A DNA stretch of 61,177 nt, counting the filler. It is 4 parts of 4 records of this genome, joined end to end, with 100 filler letters (N's around TTAATTAATTAA, not from the genome) between each part and the next. Parts side by side here need not be neighbours in the genome. Positions count along the whole stretch, not along the records: positions 47,255 to 61,177 come from SRR31156797_3511; 3 more parts are not named here. One strand, given 5' to 3'. Each line of letters starts with the position of its first letter. Position 1 is the stretch's first letter. Of this stretch, positions 58,598-61,177 are shown one piece after another. The notes beneath the pieces are model-generated. The model was not told the origin of the DNA. It ran no database searches and saw only the letters and a list, made by a program, of their open reading frames with translations. A program made the position numbers and the translations under genes.

Positions 58598-59842
58598 CTA
58601 CAAAGAACGATTACTTCTATTCAAAATTCCTTTGAAAATTCCAAATACACGAAGGAACATTCTTATTGGAGAACGTAATCTAACAATCATTTTAAATGTT
58701 CTATCCTCCATTGCATCCGCTGACTCTTTTAATAAATTTCTGATGCTTAAACCTTGTGGACAATGCTTTTCGCAAGCTCCACAATCCTTGCACAAAGAAG
58801 CATAACCCGCATTGCCGCCCATTACACCACTTAAATGTGTTCTATACTGCTCCTTATAGAAATCTACACCTTTAAACATTACATGACCATTGTATAGTTC
58901 AAATACTCTGGGTATTTCTACATGAAATGGACAAGGTATACAGTATCCGCAGCCAGTACAAGCAATCTTTAACTGTTCATCATATATCTTTTTCACTTTG
59001 CTAACTCTATCATGGTCATCTTTTGACAATGTATAATCACCAGTGTTTTCTGCAATACAGATATTCTCTTCAAGATTTACATCCTCAGTCATACCGGATA
59101 ATACAGTTGTTATTTCATTATGATCCCATAACCAACGTAATGCCCATTCAGCGGAAGACCATTCTTTCCCGCTTTCACGCCAAACGTCTTTAACATCTTT
59201 TGGTATCTGCCGGGTCAGGGTTCCGCCTTTTAGTGGCTCCATTATCATAATGCCAATCCCTTTCTTTGAAGCATATTTCAGCCCATCAATGCCTGCCTGA
59301 GCCTCTACATCTAAAATGTTATATTGGATCTGGCAAATATCCCAATCAAAATCATCTATTATTCGGTTAAAATCTTTTTTATTCCCATGGTATGAGAAAC
59401 CAATATTCCTTACTGTTCCCTTTTCCTTTATTGAGGACAACCATTCTTTTATACCCAACTTAACCAAACGATCCCAGGCGGGTCCATCTATTGAATGGAC
59501 CAAGTAGAAATCAATCCAGCTTGATTGCAATCTTTTAAGCTGTTCGGAAAAAAATACGTCAAAGTCGGTTTTTTTATGAACCAGCCATTGAGGCAGTTTC
59601 GTTGCGATATTGATCCTATCTCTATAGCCTTTAGCCATTATCTTTCCTAAAAAAGATTCACTTGTGCCATTATGGTATGGATAAGCCGTATCAAAATAAT
59701 TGATTCCACTTTCAATTGCTTTTATTATTTGCTCCTCCGCATGGCATTCATCAATATTTCCATCTTTAGTTGGAAACCTCATGCATCCGAATCCTAGTAT
59801 TGAAAGTCTATCTCCGGTTTTAGGGATTACTCTGTATTCCAT
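58598..59842 (-). CDS. Aldo/keto reductase with C-terminal 4Fe-4S dicluster
   Basis: LGFGCMRFP, INYFDTAYPY, IATKLP, MEPLKGG, CTGCGYCIPCP, CKDCGACEKHCP; ATG 59842 after GGAG. Confidence 0.92.
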   Translation of the reverse strand: MEYRVIPKTGDRLSILGFGCMRFPTKDGNIDECHAEEQIIKAIESGINYFDTAYPYHNGTSESFLGKIMAKGYRDRINIATKLPQWLVHKKTDFDVFFSEQLKRLQSSWIDFYLVHSIDGPAWDRLVKLGIKEWLSSIKEKGTVRNIGFSYHGNKKDFNRIIDDFDWDICQIQYNILDVEAQAGIDGLKYASKKGIGIMIMEPLKGGTLTRQIPKDVKDVWRESGKEWSSAEWALRWLWDHNEITTVLSGMTEDVNLEENICIAENTGDYTLSKDDHDRVSKVKKIYDEQLKIACTGCGYCIPCPFHVEIPRVFELYNGHVMFKGVDFYKEQYRTHLSGVMGGNAGYASLCKDCGACEKHCPQGLSIRNLLKESADAMEDRTFKMIVRLRSPIRMFLRVFGIFKGILNRSNRSL

Positions 59843-60204
59843 AATTTCTCCAATAATCAAAATCCAATAAAATGATAAATCATATTTTTATTATGGAAAT
59901 AGTCAAATCACGGAAATTAATAGTCATATTACTTGTTTTATTGAGTCTTTAACTTAGAGTTTGATTCTTTCTCTTTATGATCATCATATGCCAGTTAAAC
60001 TTAAGTAATTCCAGGGCACCGGAAAAAGCAGATTACAATTTTGAGGCATTGATAGGGCAGTCAATTCAGAAAGGGTGCTATAGTGCTGTCCCAGTCGTTC
60101 TGGCTGGTTCTATATTTCCCAGGAGTCATGCCGATTTACTCATTAAATTGAAATCGGAGTTCGGGCAGGCTAACTGATATGGGATAATCCCGTCGCTACT
60201 GGCG

Positions 60205-60702
60205 TCACTGAATCAGTGAATACATTTTAGCATCAAAGATCTTTCCATTTTTAAATATCGCCTTTTTCTGTGTTCCTTCAAATGAGAAACCGCATTTCTC
60301 CAGTACTTTGCAGGAACCAATATTATAGTCAAAAACTTCTGCGTATATTCTTACAATATCCAGCTCATCAAATCCCATCTTACATATTGTAGCAACCGCT
60401 TGCCTCATTATTCCTCTGTTCCAGTAATCTTCACCAAGCCAGTATCCGATTTCAGCGGTCTTAGAATGAATATCATCTCCGCATGTGAGGCTGATACCGC
60501 CCACAGCTTGCTCATCAACAATAATCGCCCTTATTAGATTTGATTTATTATCGAGGCTCAAACAAAAATTGATGTAGTTTTTTGCATCTTCAAGAGAATA
60601 AGGGTAGGGAAAGACATTCCTTAAGTTCTGTGCGATTTTTTCATTGTTAGCCTGATACGATATGCTTTCCGCATAATCAATTATGAATTTTCTTAATTTC
60701 AA
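60205..60702 (-). CDS. GNAT N-acetyltransferase (RimJ/RimL-like)
   Basis: FPYPYS, AEIGYWLGEDYWNRGI, NIGSCKVLEKCGF; TTG start after GGGGAG. Confidence 0.9.
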   Translation of the reverse strand: MKLRKFIIDYAESISYQANNEKIAQNLRNVFPYPYSLEDAKNYINFCLSLDNKSNLIRAIIVDEQAVGGISLTCGDDIHSKTAEIGYWLGEDYWNRGIMRQAVATICKMGFDELDIVRIYAEVFDYNIGSCKVLEKCGFSFEGTQKKAIFKNGKIFDAKMYSLIQ

Positions 60703-60845
60703 CTCTTTCTCCCCCTATACAATTGACCTGTACCATATCATTTGAGTCGCCGTTTACATAGTATCAGTACGATTCCCAAAGCGGGACACAATATATGTCT
60801 TCTCGTTACCAGATCCTGCTTCCTCTCTATCTGTTTCAACTTGAT

Positions 60846-61177
60846 TTACATGATTCTCGATAGGCAGGACTCCACCCAGTGCGAATCCATCCTGACTAAC
60901 CTTTTTTTCTTTAAATTTTCCTTGATTATCCACTTTATATGATTTCCATTCCACCCAAGCATTTTTTCAAAAAAGACTTTACCAGCCTCAGGTTCTTTGC
61001 TGATTACAACACTCCAACCGTAGCCTAATGACTTTCGCAGTGCAGAACTGTTTTCATCAAGCTTATTCCCATGAGTAAAAGATCGGGAAATCTCTAAAAG
61101 GATTTCTAGAATTGATAAGTTGATTGTTCTATCCTCTAACAATTTGGGTTCGCATAAACCAGCCACAACCGCCCTTT
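60846..61177 (-). CDS. Conserved hypothetical helical-repeat protein, 5'-truncated at window end
   Basis: Open frame RAVVAGLCEPKLL...LRKSLGYGWSV...WIIKENLKKKRL, resembling HEAT/alkylation-repair-like hypotheticals; function not assignable. Confidence 0.6.
   Translation of the reverse strand, partial: RAVVAGLCEPKLLEDRTINLSILEILLEISRSFTHGNKLDENSSALRKSLGYGWSVVISKEPEAGKVFFEKMLGWNGNHIKWIIKENLKKKRLVRMDSHWVESCLSRIM

Noticed and set aside
59977-60204. Possible integron attC sites around the GNAT and neighbouring small genes (GGCTAAC at 60168)
   Set aside because: No matching GTTRRRY at a suitable distance, no repeated attC structure and no integrase.

Overview
This is not one continuous locus. Four unrelated contigs are joined by artificial 100-bp linkers (44 N + TTAATTAATTAA + 44 N) at 16107-16206, 32809-32908 and 47155-47254, so gene neighbourhoods must not be read across them. 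Taxonomic labels below are inferred from protein style and composition only. Contig A (1-16106, Desulfobacterota-like): DUF72, an MltD-type LysM lytic transglycosylase, a HAD hydrolase and a Wsp/ACF-type chemosensory operon (REC-CheW fusion, CheW, two 6-TM MCPs, CheA-REC, CheB, CheR-TPR, hybrid kinase). Contig B (16207-32808, Desulfobulbaceae-like): Bcr/CflA MFS, an MscS-like channel apparently co-transcribed with a soluble diadenylate-cyclase-domain protein (intact DGA/RHR motifs), nadA, a HAD gene bracketed by two long fold-back repeats, TetR-SulP, HDOD, and an ErcA-like Fe-ADH / PAS kinase / sigma54 activator module with its target promoter. Contig C (32909-47154, AT-rich, Bacteroidota-like): DUF3737-PatB-EamA-DUF418, acetyltransferase, Fe-ADH, NrtR-type regulator and an exported esterase/GH78 cluster. 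Contig D (47255-61177, spirochaete-like): a sigma54-driven sugar ABC operon ending in a cytoplasmic fusion of an ABC ATPase domain, a PAS-like domain and a histidine kinase. That fusion is the best candidate here for an undescribed transport-coupled signalling system; the MscS-DAC pair is second. No rRNA, tRNA, CRISPR array, transposase or integrase was recognised.
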